DNA of 60,584 nucleotides, the filler included, from Sphacelaria rigidula (lineage: Eukaryota), in assembly GCA_964200075.2 (NCBI GenBank). It is 7 parts of 7 records of this genome, joined end to end, with 100 filler letters (N's around TTAATTAATTAA, not from the genome) between each part and the next. Parts side by side here need not be neighbours in the genome. Positions count along the whole stretch, not along the records: positions 8,671 to 17,240 come from CAXNAA020010750.1; positions 17,341 to 25,909 come from CAXNAA020010751.1; 5 more parts are not named here. One strand, written 5' to 3'. A program made the position numbers and the translations under genes. Below, in pieces: positions 13,026-25,358 of this stretch (positions are counted from its first letter, which is position 1; every line of letters starts with the position of its first letter). The notes beneath the pieces are model-generated. The model did no database searches. It saw only the letters and a list, made by a program, of their open reading frames with translations, and was not told where the DNA came from.

Positions 13026-13289
13026 TTTTACAAAGTGCTAGCCCCGGGGTGCGGTTCTTCCCACGATCGTTCTTGGCTGGATTCTTTTATTAAGCAAATG
13101 CAGAACATCGCACCGCGATGACCGGCGCAAACGCGCTAACCGAGATTGAGCACAACGAACGTCATTTGGTAGTAGTATTGATAACAGGGATGACAACCCT
13201 AGGGCGAAACTGGAGGCCGATCCATAGATGCAACAGCTTGGGAAAACACCGGGATTAAGTTTTGATAATACGTGATGATAACGGTTTTG

Positions 13290-13469
13290 CCTTCTCATTC
13301 ATTTTCTCACTTCACTCTGTTGATCTGTTCTACCTGTGTCCTTTTTTTCTCATTTCCTTCAGCGAGTGTTTTACTTCTGTTTGTTTCTTGGGTACATCTG
13401 TCATGTGGACATAGACCACAGCCGGATAGATCACCGGGGGGTCACGTAAAGTGCGACAATCAATCAATC
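13290..13469 (+). mobile_element. RTE LINE 3' stub with (CAAT)n tail
   Basis: Ends GGGGGGTCACGTAAAGTGCGACAATCAATCAATC, the same 3' end as the LINE at 31841-34578. Confidence 0.8.
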
Positions 13470-13816
13470 GAGAAACCAAAACACTGAGCCACTCATTCAG
13501 TGCTGACTTAACGGCTCACTGTTCATTGCGGCATGTGAACAACGCCGTTGTAGCCAAACTCCTGGAATACTCACAGCGGAGAACTCTGATCACCAACCCT
13601 ATCGTTCGCACAGGAAGCCAGGTATTTTTACCCCCCTATAGAACACTCAAAACCAACCATACCGACATACCGTCCGAAAAACGATCAAAACCCGCTATGT
13701 TACCTCGAATTACTTCAACGAACCGCCTACAGCGCGGTCGATATCAGGCATATCTGATACTTCAAGACGGCATCAAACCCGATTCACCTACCTGGCCCTC
13801 CCGAACTGTCAACGAA

Positions 13817-14166
13817 TGTGTGTGTGTTCCGTCCCATCTTTTCTGGACGCCGGTCTGCACCTTTCGGTATATATGGGCGCACCAGCTGGGATCACACAGG
13901 AGGAAGGTCAACACAGGAGCTTTTTCTTCTTTGGTTTTAGTACTCGACCCTCCTTCTGCGGTGCTTGTCTTTTTTTTATCGCGAGAGGGGCACGGCAGTC
14001 CCCTTCCCTTGTCGACCGTGAAGTCGGATTTTGTGTACTCACGACATGGTCGCTCTCCACTGTTGGGCATGGTGTGAGAAAAATCCCGGATCGCTCCGAG
14101 AATTGAACACACGACCCAACCGTCAGAAGGTTTCGAGGTTACCTACTGAGCCAACGGGTCGACTGG
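13817..14166 (-). mobile_element. Full-length tRNA-derived SINE (family SINE1) with (CA)n tail
   Basis: The minus strand begins with A-box TGGCTCAGTAGG and a B-box-like GTTCAATTCTC. Other copies or fragments lie at 16285-16358, 24335-25422, 37711-38742, 42041-42092, 43181-43247, 54140-54197 and 58610-58842. Confidence 0.85.
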
Positions 14167-14783
14167 ATGTCAACGAATATCCGCAAGAGATATAATATAA
14201 GCACAAAGCTCCACTCTGATGCCACGCACAGTTCAAAGACAACACCCCAGACTTGAAACAAGGTCTGTGTACTACACTGCGTACCCTTAAACCTTTAGCA
14301 ACCGTGGCCTTCCAACGACCAGCGCATCCTGTTCGAGGGCGATCGTTTACAGATGTAGCCAGCGTGATTATGATTGCTGTGAAAGTTCGTTCATTCATTC
14401 ACTGTGCATCAAACAGAGCTCATTTTGCGAAACAGTTCGGCGGGTCGACCGTTCAACCGCGATGTGTTCGTCTGATCTGTACCAGGTTTGCGGTCCTACG
14501 CGCATGCCGAGCGTGCTCAGCACACGTGAGACAAAGTTTTGGTAACTTCGACATGGGTATGGGTACGGGAGTATTTTTATAACGGGTAAGGGAACGTTGT
14601 CTCAAAATAGAAAGGGAAAAAAATCGGGCCTTGATCTCGTGTGCCGGCAAAACTTCTGGCAGAATCCGGCTTTCGAACACCCCAGACTGGCATAACACAA
14701 GTAATTGCTGGCGGCATCAGGCCTGGCGTCCACTACGAGTAGAACCCGGCAGCAAAGAAAAACAAATCTGGCTATTCTGATAC

Positions 14784-14873
<90 letters not shown>

Positions 14874-15100
14874 CGTCGTCATCGTCGTCGTCGTCGTCGT
14901 CGTTGTTTTTACATTTAAAATCGTTCCGATATTTGCGTGGTACGTTCGTACTGGGCACCTGATGCGGACGCCTTCCGTGGTCACAGGCTAGCTACCTCTA
15001 ATGAGGTATAAAAGAAAAATAAAAAAATCCAGAAAAAAAACTCACGAACGCGACACAAATAAAACAGGAATAAATAATAAAGAAGAAAAAAATATACAGT
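14784..15100 (-). mobile_element. Retroposon 3' stub ending in a long (GAC)n(AAC)n microsatellite tail (14784-14905)
   Basis: Compound TTG/TCG microsatellite directly adjacent to the repeat shared with 6640-6725. Confidence 0.65.
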
Positions 15101-17196
15101 ATATGGCTAATCAAACATGGTTTCCGGCTATTTTTAATGCCGCAGTACCACTTGATCGCGAAGGATATCGACAGCGGGTATAGTGGGATGATACTCTGGT
15201 CAAACAACAAAGGGGGGCTGCATTCATGGTTTGATGTTTGGCGGTGCATTGCATTGATTCGGCGGTGTTCCGCCATGATCGCGCGCGCACTCTCGAGCTT
15301 GCGTGGTACCACCATTGCGAACACAAGGCATTCATCGATTATACTTACGCTCCAGGATCTGACTGGATACGAAGGAAATAGATATGGAGATTGGATCATG
15401 ACATGCAGGGGAAATACGAATGAGAGATCGTTCTGTTATTTAAGGTATACCCCATGTAGTGGTTGCAGTGCATATCTGCTGGGGCGGCACACGCCTTTTC
15501 GCGTGCCGAAAATCTGGGATTATGACATGTCATTTTGTATGAGCGTTTTTCCCAGGAATGAGTACCCCACTTCATTCAGTTGTGTGTAAGTGTGTAAGTC
15601 AGTGTAAGTCTTGGTGTTAGGCTTCCGTTGTGAGTTATGTGTGTAAGAGTGGGCAAATATGGGTAAATTAATTACATGAACGATACCGGGTCTCAACTGG
15701 CCACGGCAGGCCTACAACTTCCCGCGACAATGCACCCGGTGCATGAGGTTTTCTATTAGGGGGGACATCGGATACCCTACTTGAGGAGGAGGGGTACCCC
15801 CCTGATCGATGGACGATGGCGGTAGTAGTTGCTGTGTGCGCGCGTGCATAGGTCTTAGAGCACAGATCTACGTACGGTACTTGAAGTATGCTGCTTGCTG
15901 CTGTGTTCGACACTGCGTACCAACCGCAGTATGACGCCTTCGGCGGTACTACCTGATCACTGCACAGCGGGAGGGTGCAGGGTGAAAAAGCACCCTGCAC
16001 GACGTCACACCCTTAGTCTATCCCTGTCTTGCATTGATTTGGCGTTGTCCTGAGCAATTTGCCACATCATGAGCGCAGCCGCGTGTATCTGCGGCCAATT
16101 TGTACGCGGGATATCACCCCTCGCTGCGCGCTACATCGCTACGCCACATTTTGTAGAGCTGTCCGCGATGCAGCTATAGCGTGGGTTTGCCCCAGGTGGC
16201 GCACGCAGGAGTGAAACGCCGCCTCCGCCGCTGCAATAGCTACCTGTACCTTGGGCGAAGCTGTATGGTAACACAGCCGCGGCCGGTGCGCCCACATATA
16301 CCGCAAGGTAGAGACCGGCGTCCAGAATAGATGAGACGACAACACACACACAACACACTGTACGCAGTGTACTTTCAACATTGTATTTGTACTGACTGTA
16401 GAAATCTTTGTAGACGGTCTGGTACATTCCCAAATATAATGGAGGGTCTGATACATTCCCACATGTAAAGGTATGTAATGTTACTCAGTGAGGTTGTGAA
16501 AACAATCCGCAACATGTAGGCGAACTGAAAGTGAGGCAATCGCCGAAATATTCACCTGCAAACTCTGCTCCAGTGTGCTGTGAGTTGATATCGCTCGAAG
16601 TACACTACCATCGCAGAAATAAACAGGTGTCCCTCATAGTGTGGGGAGATGGTAGTGTCTCTTCGCCTTTCCTTCATGTTTGACGAGTGTTGGATTTATC
16701 TTACCCTCCATCAATTAGTCTGGACCTTCTAATTGATGTGAGCTTCATGGCATCTTGTTCTTGGTTGGTGACATCCAAATTTATAGTGTTTGGGATCCGA
16801 AAATTAAATTTGGCGCATGCTGCCGACGCTTCCTGTTATTGGCAGTAACAAAACGTCGAAGAAAAAGAGCGTGCATTTGAGTTTGTGCATTTTCGAGTCT
16901 TGATACCTTTTTTTTTCTAATGAATGTGCAGAGTCGCGGTATGTGTTCATTTGATCGAAGCAAAAAAATAGTTGCCGTAGAAATAAAAACGGTATGACCA
17001 ATACCACACCCGGTCCCGCTGTTATCAACCATCTCTTGACAGCCTGGATCCGATTTTGAGGTTCAGCATTTGGGAGACATTGCAGTAGTCATCGAAATTT
17101 CATTCAAGTTGTCCAATGGGCTCGGGGGTACGCGAGTATTTTCGGCCATGGCACTTGTGGCAGAAGAGTTTATACGGCAGCCCAAGCACGATGTTA

Positions 17197-17240
<44 letters not shown>
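17197..17240. repeat. (TTA)n microsatellite at scaffold end
   Basis: Seen directly in the sequence. Confidence 0.95.
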
Positions 17241-20200
17241 NNNNNNNNNNNNNNNNNNNNNNNNNNNNNNNNNNNNNNNNNNNNTTAATTAATTAANNNN
17301 NNNNNNNNNNNNNNNNNNNNNNNNNNNNNNNNNNNNNNNNGCCCTTTCGTGCGGTTTTCGTTTCTTTGCTCGTTGATGCTACGGCGACCGCCGTGGGGTA
17401 GGGTCTTGCGGTGCGCGCGTACTCATTTGTTGCTTGCCCTTGTCTTTTGAACATTGACCACGCGTCCCTTTCGAGACGGAGCACTGTTCCTACTCCTTAG
17501 GGGTGGGGGGGGGGGATGTACTCATGATCTTGTATGACGTAGTATTGTGACCATTGACCGCGCAGTCGTGTAAAGCTGGGGTGAAGCACGCAGGGGTTTC
17601 GCTGGAGCAGGCTCACAATCGATCACAAAGCGAGAAGCGCCATGATATGTTATGTTCGGCAGGTCGCATGAAGGGTGAGCTGCGTCCTGCGGAAACTTTT
17701 CGCCCCGAAGCGTACCAATTATCTTGTGTATGGGTGACCCCCTCCAATGAGTTGCTTCATTTTCTCGTATCGCCACTTCCAAAGTCATTGGTTACACGCT
17801 GCGTCATGTGTCCCATCCTTTCAACATTGCGTAATGTGATCGTCCCCTTTGCGCGGGGTCGATGTCATCCCACCCCGCTCAAAATGATCAAGCTCGACCA
17901 CCATCATGGTTACCGCGAAATGAACGGAAGCGCAGAACAAAACGGTAACCTGGTCACCTAGCGTACGCAGTGAGTGGTCTGTGTTCACAGCTTCGCTGCC
18001 AACCAACAGCAACCCCGTCGGTGTAGGGGTTGATTTCACGACAAACAGGGGCTCACGTGTGTGTCAGACGACCGAACACACTCACAGCGCACTTGTATTC
18101 GGATGAAAATGGTGTCAAGCAGTATGAGAGTGTTTTTCTAATATCAAGTGAGTTCGAACAAAAAACGATGGTCCCGACGATTCGAAGTGGCATTTCCGCA
18201 GAAGAAACGGCCCAGAATACCACACCCCCTCCCCACTTACCATAAGATTCCTCAAACTTCACAATTAAATCATGTCGTTTATGTGTTGGTTTTTCCTGTA
18301 ACACTGTCGTGTGCTCACAGCTACACGGCGAGATCCTACTGAGGAGTATCAGAGGCTTCAGTGGCAAGCTGCTACAGAGAGCGTGTGAGACCTCAAGAGG
18401 CTTTCCGAACTGATGTTGTTTTGGGCACGAATTGGCCATTTATGAAAATCTGGGGTTCTCTATTTCTGCTGGTTGTCGAGGCCAATGGAATAGAAAAAAA
18501 CATTGAATTCATCCCACGACTAAGAGCATTTGTTCGAGCTGCTTCTCGCCTGACTCGGCGAAGTATTCCCCATGAGACCACGGTCGAGGGATGAGTTGAT
18601 CAGGATATCCTATTACTTGGGTTGTCATTGTCAATGGAACCTAGACTCTCAATCTAGCGAGAATCCTGTTTCCAAGTTTGATGATGACAGAGCATTGTTG
18701 CTCACAGCCAAGAAATGGGTTTCGCCTTCAACAGAGAGTGATGGATCTTCACCGACCTACGACGCATGGTCCCGCCGCCGCCACGAGAGCATAAGTCGAA
18801 GCTTACATCGCAAGTCCTTGAAGATGACCACTTGAAAAACCCCAATGATCTTAACGGGAATAGCGCGCAATCCGACGACATGCAGCCCTCGGCTCTATGC
18901 CCTTTTACTCACCCGTGTGTGTTGGTCGAAGCAAACTCGCTTTGCTTCTTGCCATTACTGTCGGGCAGTAAGAGGTGTAATCCGTCTGCGGTTGGTGCCC
19001 TGTACTACATCCGTTTTCCCACAGTTGCAAAAAAACTACCAACCACATCAAACAAAACCCGTCAACCATAGAGGCGGACCACAGTCGTGATGGCACCGTT
19101 AAAGCCGATGGAGAGGAGATGGTATTTAAACACCCCACTGCTATTCGATTCCTTGTTGAGCTGGGAGGTATAATCTGCCGTGGATCGAATGAGGCCCGAC
19201 CGACAAGTGAGCCGAACGCCAACTCTTACGTACTCTGCTCGCACACACACCCCTGTACACCCAGCCTGTACTGCCATGGCGCGAAATGAGCTCAAGCTGT
19301 GAGCACAACCCCCCTACGGTAACGCAACCATCGATTCGTGCAAAAAGTGAGCAAACAGGATTGTCGAATGTCAGGACAAAAATGTGCACAACGTTTCAAA
19401 CCCAGTCTGCATCGTACGCTACCCGTCGGCGAGTTCTGTGGCGCTTTCCTACCGTGGTCTCATTTTCCCTGGTTCATAACTCCGATGATCTGGGAGGAAG
19501 TTCCGCTGCGGGGCTCTTGACAAGCGCCACAAGATGCCCTGGTGCGGGCGATCCATTCTCTTTTCGCGGCGATGCTTCCTCGTAGTGCGCCACATCGAAG
19601 CCATACCTGCGTCGCACCAGGTTGCGTAGTGTTACATCGGACTCGTGCATTCAGTGACAGCGAGTACAGAGCGAGAGTGGACAGAGGGTTTGCAGTCATA
19701 CGCAAACAACTGCGACGACATCGTTGTGCATGGTGTCAGCCAGATCGGCATTCACTTTAGGCTATGTGGGTCGACGTCAAGGATCTAATCATCGCGTCAC
19801 ATGATAACAACAAAGAAAAATTAACAAAAAAAATGAGAACTAACGGTAGGATTATCGTCCCCTGTGTCATCGTGCGATTATTTTCCCGCCAAGAGAAGAT
19901 CATCTGGGTGAAGAAATACGCCGAAAACAAGACGGGGTGCACCGGGCGAGCTGTTGAGCATTTCTGACCTTATACTTGGAGTTTCGCCCTCCCAAAAGAC
20001 CGAGTTGTGCTTCAAGCTATCTAGCTGCTCGCACCAACACCAAGTTGGGGGAACCAGTCTACGAAAAACATGCAGAGGCTGGCCCGTCCTCGTGGCACCC
20101 CCCCCATAACAACCACAAGATATTTGAACGTTGACGAGTAGAGAGTGACCGTAGAGCTACTGTAGTACAGTGAGCTCGTGCCTACGGGGAATTTTTGTGA

Positions 20201-20908
20201 CCTTGAAGCGCGCCTTATCAACCAAGCATATTCGGTTTTGAATCTGGTCCCGCTGTGAGTTTAATGGTATACAAATAATCACGCCGCGAACAACCGGGTT
20301 TTATCATGCTTCAGGGCGGAGTTGTGAAAGCGTCCACGCGTATGGGAAAACGTACGCCAGATGAAATGCAGTACGTCATAGTGTTTAAGCCCAGCGCGTC
20401 GTGCATTCCTCTCTCCTCGACGCGCACGTGGCTAATCCAAAACCATGGGTGATACACTTTGGTTATTTCTGGTGCCAAAGCGGCACCTGCTTCATTCGTT
20501 TCCCCCAAAATTGTCAGCCCCTCCCCCTTACTTGTGGCGAGTCTCTCGCCTCCAGGGATCAGCCCGAATCTCCTGTGACACACGGCTTGCATTTTGGTAC
20601 CGCGAGTTAGATCATGACCATCAGTACTGGCAGACCGCGTCGACGCTCGTCAAACAAGCTTCGTCTTGCTTCTCACGCGCTTGCGTACCCAAACGATGGA
20701 AACCAGACACTTTTTCCAGAGTCCAAATGCATCTGACGGGTTTCCGTTGTCACCAGGTAAACCAACGGAGTGCGACAGCGGTACCGTGCCCGGAACTGCC
20801 ATCGCTCGGGGTTCGCATACCCCTCAGCCTGCGATGCTTGTGAGCAAGATGGAGTTTTTGCCATGACCGAAGAACGAATAACGACCTGCAGCCACAGCCT
20901 CGATTTAA

Positions 20909-21118
20909 GCCTTTTGAAACCGTTGATGAAAAAATTATGATTCACGATTGACGTTTCCTTGAGAAAGATATGATTAAATTCCTGAAAGTGTTGCAACACT
21001 CCAAGGTCAAGTATACAAAATGTGGCAGATTCGTGTGCCGAACTCGAAGTGACGCTTTTGCCGGTGACCAAAGGTCGCATATAGGAGTTTGTACTGTTTT
21101 CCGCCAGTTCCAAAAGGG
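20909..21118. mobile_element. 210-bp piggyBac-like MITE (family PB2)
   Basis: TTAA|GCCTTTTGAAAC...GTTCCAAAAGGG|TTAA; the TIRs match at 10 of 12 positions. Confidence 0.7.
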
Positions 21119-21786
21119 TTAAAAGCCTAAACATGTAATTCGTACATGCTGGCTCACAGCTTCAACCCAAAAGTCGCATACACACGGTATCACACCGACC
21201 GCCACGGACAAATGAAGAGCACGACATAGCCGAACTTGTTTTCAAAGACATAGCGGTGGCGCCAAGGGCAAACATGTAAAACCGACAAATTAGCGACCTT
21301 CAAATTATTTTTAAATAAAAAATACGAATACTCAACACAATTTCTACCCAGTCTCTCCGTGCCCCGAATTGCATTCACAGCCATCAGCTCGGGCGTGTAA
21401 CGAGGGAAAGCAACTTTGAACACGGTCACTATGGGATTGAATACTTTGGTGATGTAGGGATTGGGGTCGTCGGAATTCCACTGAGGACGTACATCAAAGA
21501 TCCGGGGAGCCTCCTAACGGTTGTCCTCATACATGTCGTAGAAAACTTTCGACCGCGCTAAAACTCGGCAGTTCGATGGGGATTAGTGCTCCAAAGGGAA
21601 AACGTACATGGTTTGAAAATACTCCAAAGTTTTACCGCTCTTAACCGGTTTCCCGGTATCCCAGCATTAAGACCCAGGGTGCCGGTATAGAACGACTGAA
21701 AGTACAAATAGAAAAAGCGCGTTGGGGGATAATTCTGAAGTAATTTGTACAAACTTCCGTTGCGCAACTCGAAACACTGTCAATAA

Positions 21787-22175
21787 CACGGGATCTTACA
21801 AATTTGGGATGAATCTTTTATTGGGGATGAGAAACCCGGAGAATTAAAATCGTCCTATCTACACCAAATCTTCGAAATATGGTTCCATTTCTTCACCTAC
21901 TGATAGCTATTGACAACTAACTGCTACACGGCATAGAAATTTGGATTTCGCGGACGCCGCCAAAAATGGTTCCGAAATTTTATTTTTTCGCGTAGGACCC
22001 GAACATTTCGGTGATCGAAATCCAAATTTCTATGCCATGTAACAGTTGTCAATAGCTATCAGTAGGTGAAGAAATGGAACCATATTTCGAAGATTTGGTG
22101 TAGATACGAAGATTTTAATCCTCCGGGTTTCTCATCCCCAATAAAAAATTCATCCCAAATTTGTAAGATCCCGTG
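21787..22175. mobile_element. Foldback-type MITE with about 160-bp TIRs and CACGGG...CCCGTG termini
   Basis: 21787-21950 is the near-perfect reverse complement of 22016-22175, with a spacer of about 65 bp. No clear TSD. Confidence 0.88.
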
Positions 22176-22704
22176 TTCGATGTAGTTGTTTTGACGTTAA
22201 CCATACCCGAACGTCGCGTCTTCACAATATATTGGTACAAATGTTCACTCGCCAAGCTCACGTCATCACACAACGGCGCAGCCGTTCACCCAGAAAGGTA
22301 TGTGCCTCCGCTGTAACCCCCGATGACCGGAGGAGAAAATAAACGCATCCGTCCAAAGTTCTCCAATCTCCCATAGAATTCGTGTGCAAAGTTTCGGAAC
22401 CATACTCCAAATTTGGCGTGAAAATCTGCTGATGAATGATTGTTGGGTCATAAGCTTCAACTAGCCTGATAGCATGCCCCGAAATTCTTACCGGTGGGCC
22501 GAGGAGAGCAGGTACTCCTTGGTGTGCGAGAAGCGCCCGGATGTCAGCAGTCGCCAGCCCTTGCAACCCTGTAAAAACAAATGAAGAAGCAGGTGCAAAC
22601 GGTGAGTTAACACAGGTTAATGGCACATATACATGTGGTGTATACGGCAACATGCATTGTTGACAAAACCTCACAAAACTGTGGGGAAAATATATCAAGT
22701 GCCG

Positions 22705-22979
22705 TTCAACGGATTCCTGACGGCTGTGCTGAATGTCCACCCTTGCCCGCAGCGCGGGTATGCCCTTGAACAAATACACGATTACCGGTATGGTTTTCCG
22801 TAAGCCTCTCATATCCTACGCGGAAAGTTCTGTCATTTCTGGAGGCCTTTCAGACCGGTACTCGACAGTCTTGTCATATCTGCAAGACTTTCGTACCGGT
22901 ACCCGATATTGCTACAAGCTCTCTGTAAGGAATCTCGTACCCTGTACAACAGACCTATACCCTACATAACACAACCTTG
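22705..22979 (+). repeat. Partial copy of the internally repetitive CAAGG..CCTTG element
   Basis: TACCGGTACCCGA subrepeats, and the end CCCTACATAACACAACCTTG matches 29289-29307. Confidence 0.75.
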
Positions 22980-23264
22980 AAAACCTCAATACACAGTAGT
23001 GCATTATTGGCCTGCATGTGCGGACTCACAAGGATGGGTTGTGCGTGAACTCGAGTCACGCCGTAGAATCAACCTACCCTGGATGGCAGCGATTTGCCCG
23101 GGGAACAGTCAACCATCAATACACTGGATCCGTGGCAGGAAAAACATTTTCCCCACCCGTTTCGGTTTGTCGCACTTTGAATCCCACCCCTTCGTCGGGA
23201 CGAGCCCATGGTGTCAAGCGATCAACTCATCTCTCTCCGGTACACCCCCCCCCATTTTGGTCTC

Positions 23265-23945
23265 GGGGGTTGGTTCAGCACTCGCGCAGCGCGTCAATTC
23301 TCGTAAAACACACTCAGTCAACTACTTTTGATTAACCCTTTTGGACCTCACAATGGAAAATTGATCATCCGCGATTGACGGTTTTTGAGCAAGATGTGGT
23401 TGATGGTTTACAGCTCAGATGCAAAAACTTTCACCCAATGCGCACTTTTCAGACCCGTGCGAGTGACAAGTAGAACAAAAGAAACAGTTTTCTATTTACC
23501 GATCTTTCGTACCAGACCCTGGAACCCATTGCTCTTTTTTGAATGGAATGTCTCATGGTGTTTTTGCTAATTATTGTCGATGGATACATTGGACATACTT
23601 CATCCGTTGCGTGGTATGATGAGACGAACCTCCCCCGACCTCTCCAGGGAGGACATTTTCCCTGCACCTGCCGCGTGTGCTACTGGATTTTCCTTCGATC
23701 TTCCATTATAAAATGGTTGCCGTCGGCCTTTCCTGCTTCCGTCTTTTCCTCTTTGTCAGGGCTTCTCATAATGAGGCGTTTGGCCTAGGGACAAGAGGGG
23801 AGGGTTCCAAAAGGGTTGAGTCACGTACTCATGCTTTCGACGGTGGATCAGATATTTCGAAGAAATAACCCAACGCATCGGGGATCGAACCCACGATTTG
23901 TCCGCCTTGAAGCTTACGGTCGAACCATTACACCGCAGGGGCATG
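23265..23945 (-). mobile_element. SINE2 copy interrupted by a PB2 MITE
   Basis: Minus-strand head GCCCCTGCGGTGTAATGG...GGTTCGATCCC (A and B boxes). The body resumes beyond the MITE with AAAGTAGTTGACTG...GAGACCAAAATG. Confidence 0.75.
23336..23815. mobile_element. 480-bp piggyBac-like MITE (PB2)
   Basis: TTAA|CCCTTTTGGA...TCCAAAAGGG|TTGA; it splits a SINE2 copy. Confidence 0.8.
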
Positions 23946-24501
23946 GCGGCAACCTCTATACCCGCATACTACACTACCTTGCAGCCGGATTTAACCGCAC
24001 TTATTTTGCGAGGTGAGGATTATCTATTTCTATTCACAACATTGGCCTGAAAACACAAAGAATTCAACCACTCGAAGACGTATGACGTTCGTGGGAAAGT
24101 CACGGATTTTTGAGGGTCCAATCGTGATTGCGGTTACCTCTTACAACGCCCAAGGCTTCCTGTTTCAAGAATATGGCCTGACAAACCCGCGGACATTTGA
24201 AGAATTGCAATCGTTTACGTTCAGGCCGTATACCTCAGACAGAAATACGAACTTTCTTCTATACGGTATGGCGGCTGTAGTAGTCAATCGCCCATGGTGA
24301 AGCAGGCGGGTTAAAGTTGGGCGGCGTCGTCCGTATATCCATGTGCGTGTTGTCATCACATCTATTCTGGACGACAGTCTACACCGTTCGGTGAATGTGG
24401 GCGCATCAGCCGGGGTCACATCGGAGGAAGACTAACACAGGACTTTTCATTGTTTGTTTGTTTATTTCAGGTATCCACCTATCTTCTGTGGTACTTTCCT
24501 T

Positions 24502-25358
24502 CAGAGATGTTCTCCGTTTGAACTTTTCAAACGGAGCGGATTTCGGATTTCAGGGAACCTTATCCGGATCAATCCGCGGAGTGAAATAAGTGGCGGATAT
24601 CCGGATATCCGGTTTGAAGACGGATTTCGAGGAAAACGAGCGATGGATACTTCTCAACTCTCCTCACATGCATGTTGCGCAAATCTGAAAGGGGCAGTGG
24701 AGCCTTGTATCACATGTCACGAGTCAGAGGCACAAATCAAATGAAGATTTAATTGAAGTAGGTTATCGTCGTTATCCCCGCATTGTGCTAGCGATGTGCA
24801 CACATGAACGCCTTCCTATGGCAAACCAGAAAAAAACGTTAGTCCGACCACGACATCCAACTTTCGAAAGACCATTACAAGCCACAGTACGGATGTGATG
24901 TGCTTCATGACCAGCTGCATCGGCTGCTCCATCTCGTCCCGCGAGGACACAATTTACGATCTCACGACCAAGTACTGGTGGCAACGACTCTGTCAGATTC
25001 TTTTCAACTGAGTGCTGATCGAGTAAACTTCTCGGCCACCTCCCGAGAACCCCTTTAAAAACATCGGCGTCTCAAGCCATTCCGGCTTGAGTCTGTTTCT
25101 CCGTTGCGTCAAAATATGCCCACTCTGCGGGGATACTCGCTCTGAGCGACCCAGTGATGTCGGCTCAGCCAGGGCGTTCCGAGCGACATGCGCAATAAGT
25201 GGGTACTCGTGCGCATTCAGCGCCCGCCACTGGAGCGGGTTCTCGTTGATGGCCAGAGCAGGTTTCATCACAATATCAAAGAATAAAAAACAAATCCGTT
25301 GATGTTTTCACACGGAGCGGATTATAATTGGAGTCACACGGAGCGGAGCACATCTCTA
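24502..25358 (-). mobile_element. Internally deleted hAT DNA transposon inserted in a SINE1 copy
   Basis: TIRs CAGAGATGTTCTCCG / CGGAGCACATCTCTA, 8-bp TSD CTTTCCTT / CCTTCCTT (7 of 8 match), and subterminal CGGA(T) repeats. Confidence 0.88.
24993..25271 (-). pseudogene. hAT transposase C-terminal dimerisation domain remnant
   Basis: NPLQW...YPLIAHVARNALA.PTS..RSERV...GHILTQRRNRLKPEWLE..MFLK fits the hATC pattern. Confidence 0.88.

Noticed and set aside
13451..14112. 208-aa and 116-aa ORFs
   Set aside because: They span a dispersed repeat and a SINE1 copy; chance ORFs.
14602..14984. Poly-N, poly-L and poly-T ORFs; also the poly-A ORF at 12486-12824
   Set aside because: Translations of microsatellites. 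An exon around the CTG tract could not be supported in a consistent frame.
19764..19967. Possible pogo-like HTH remnant (KIIWVKKYAENKTG...AVEHF)
   Set aside because: Too short, with no TIRs or DDE domain nearby.
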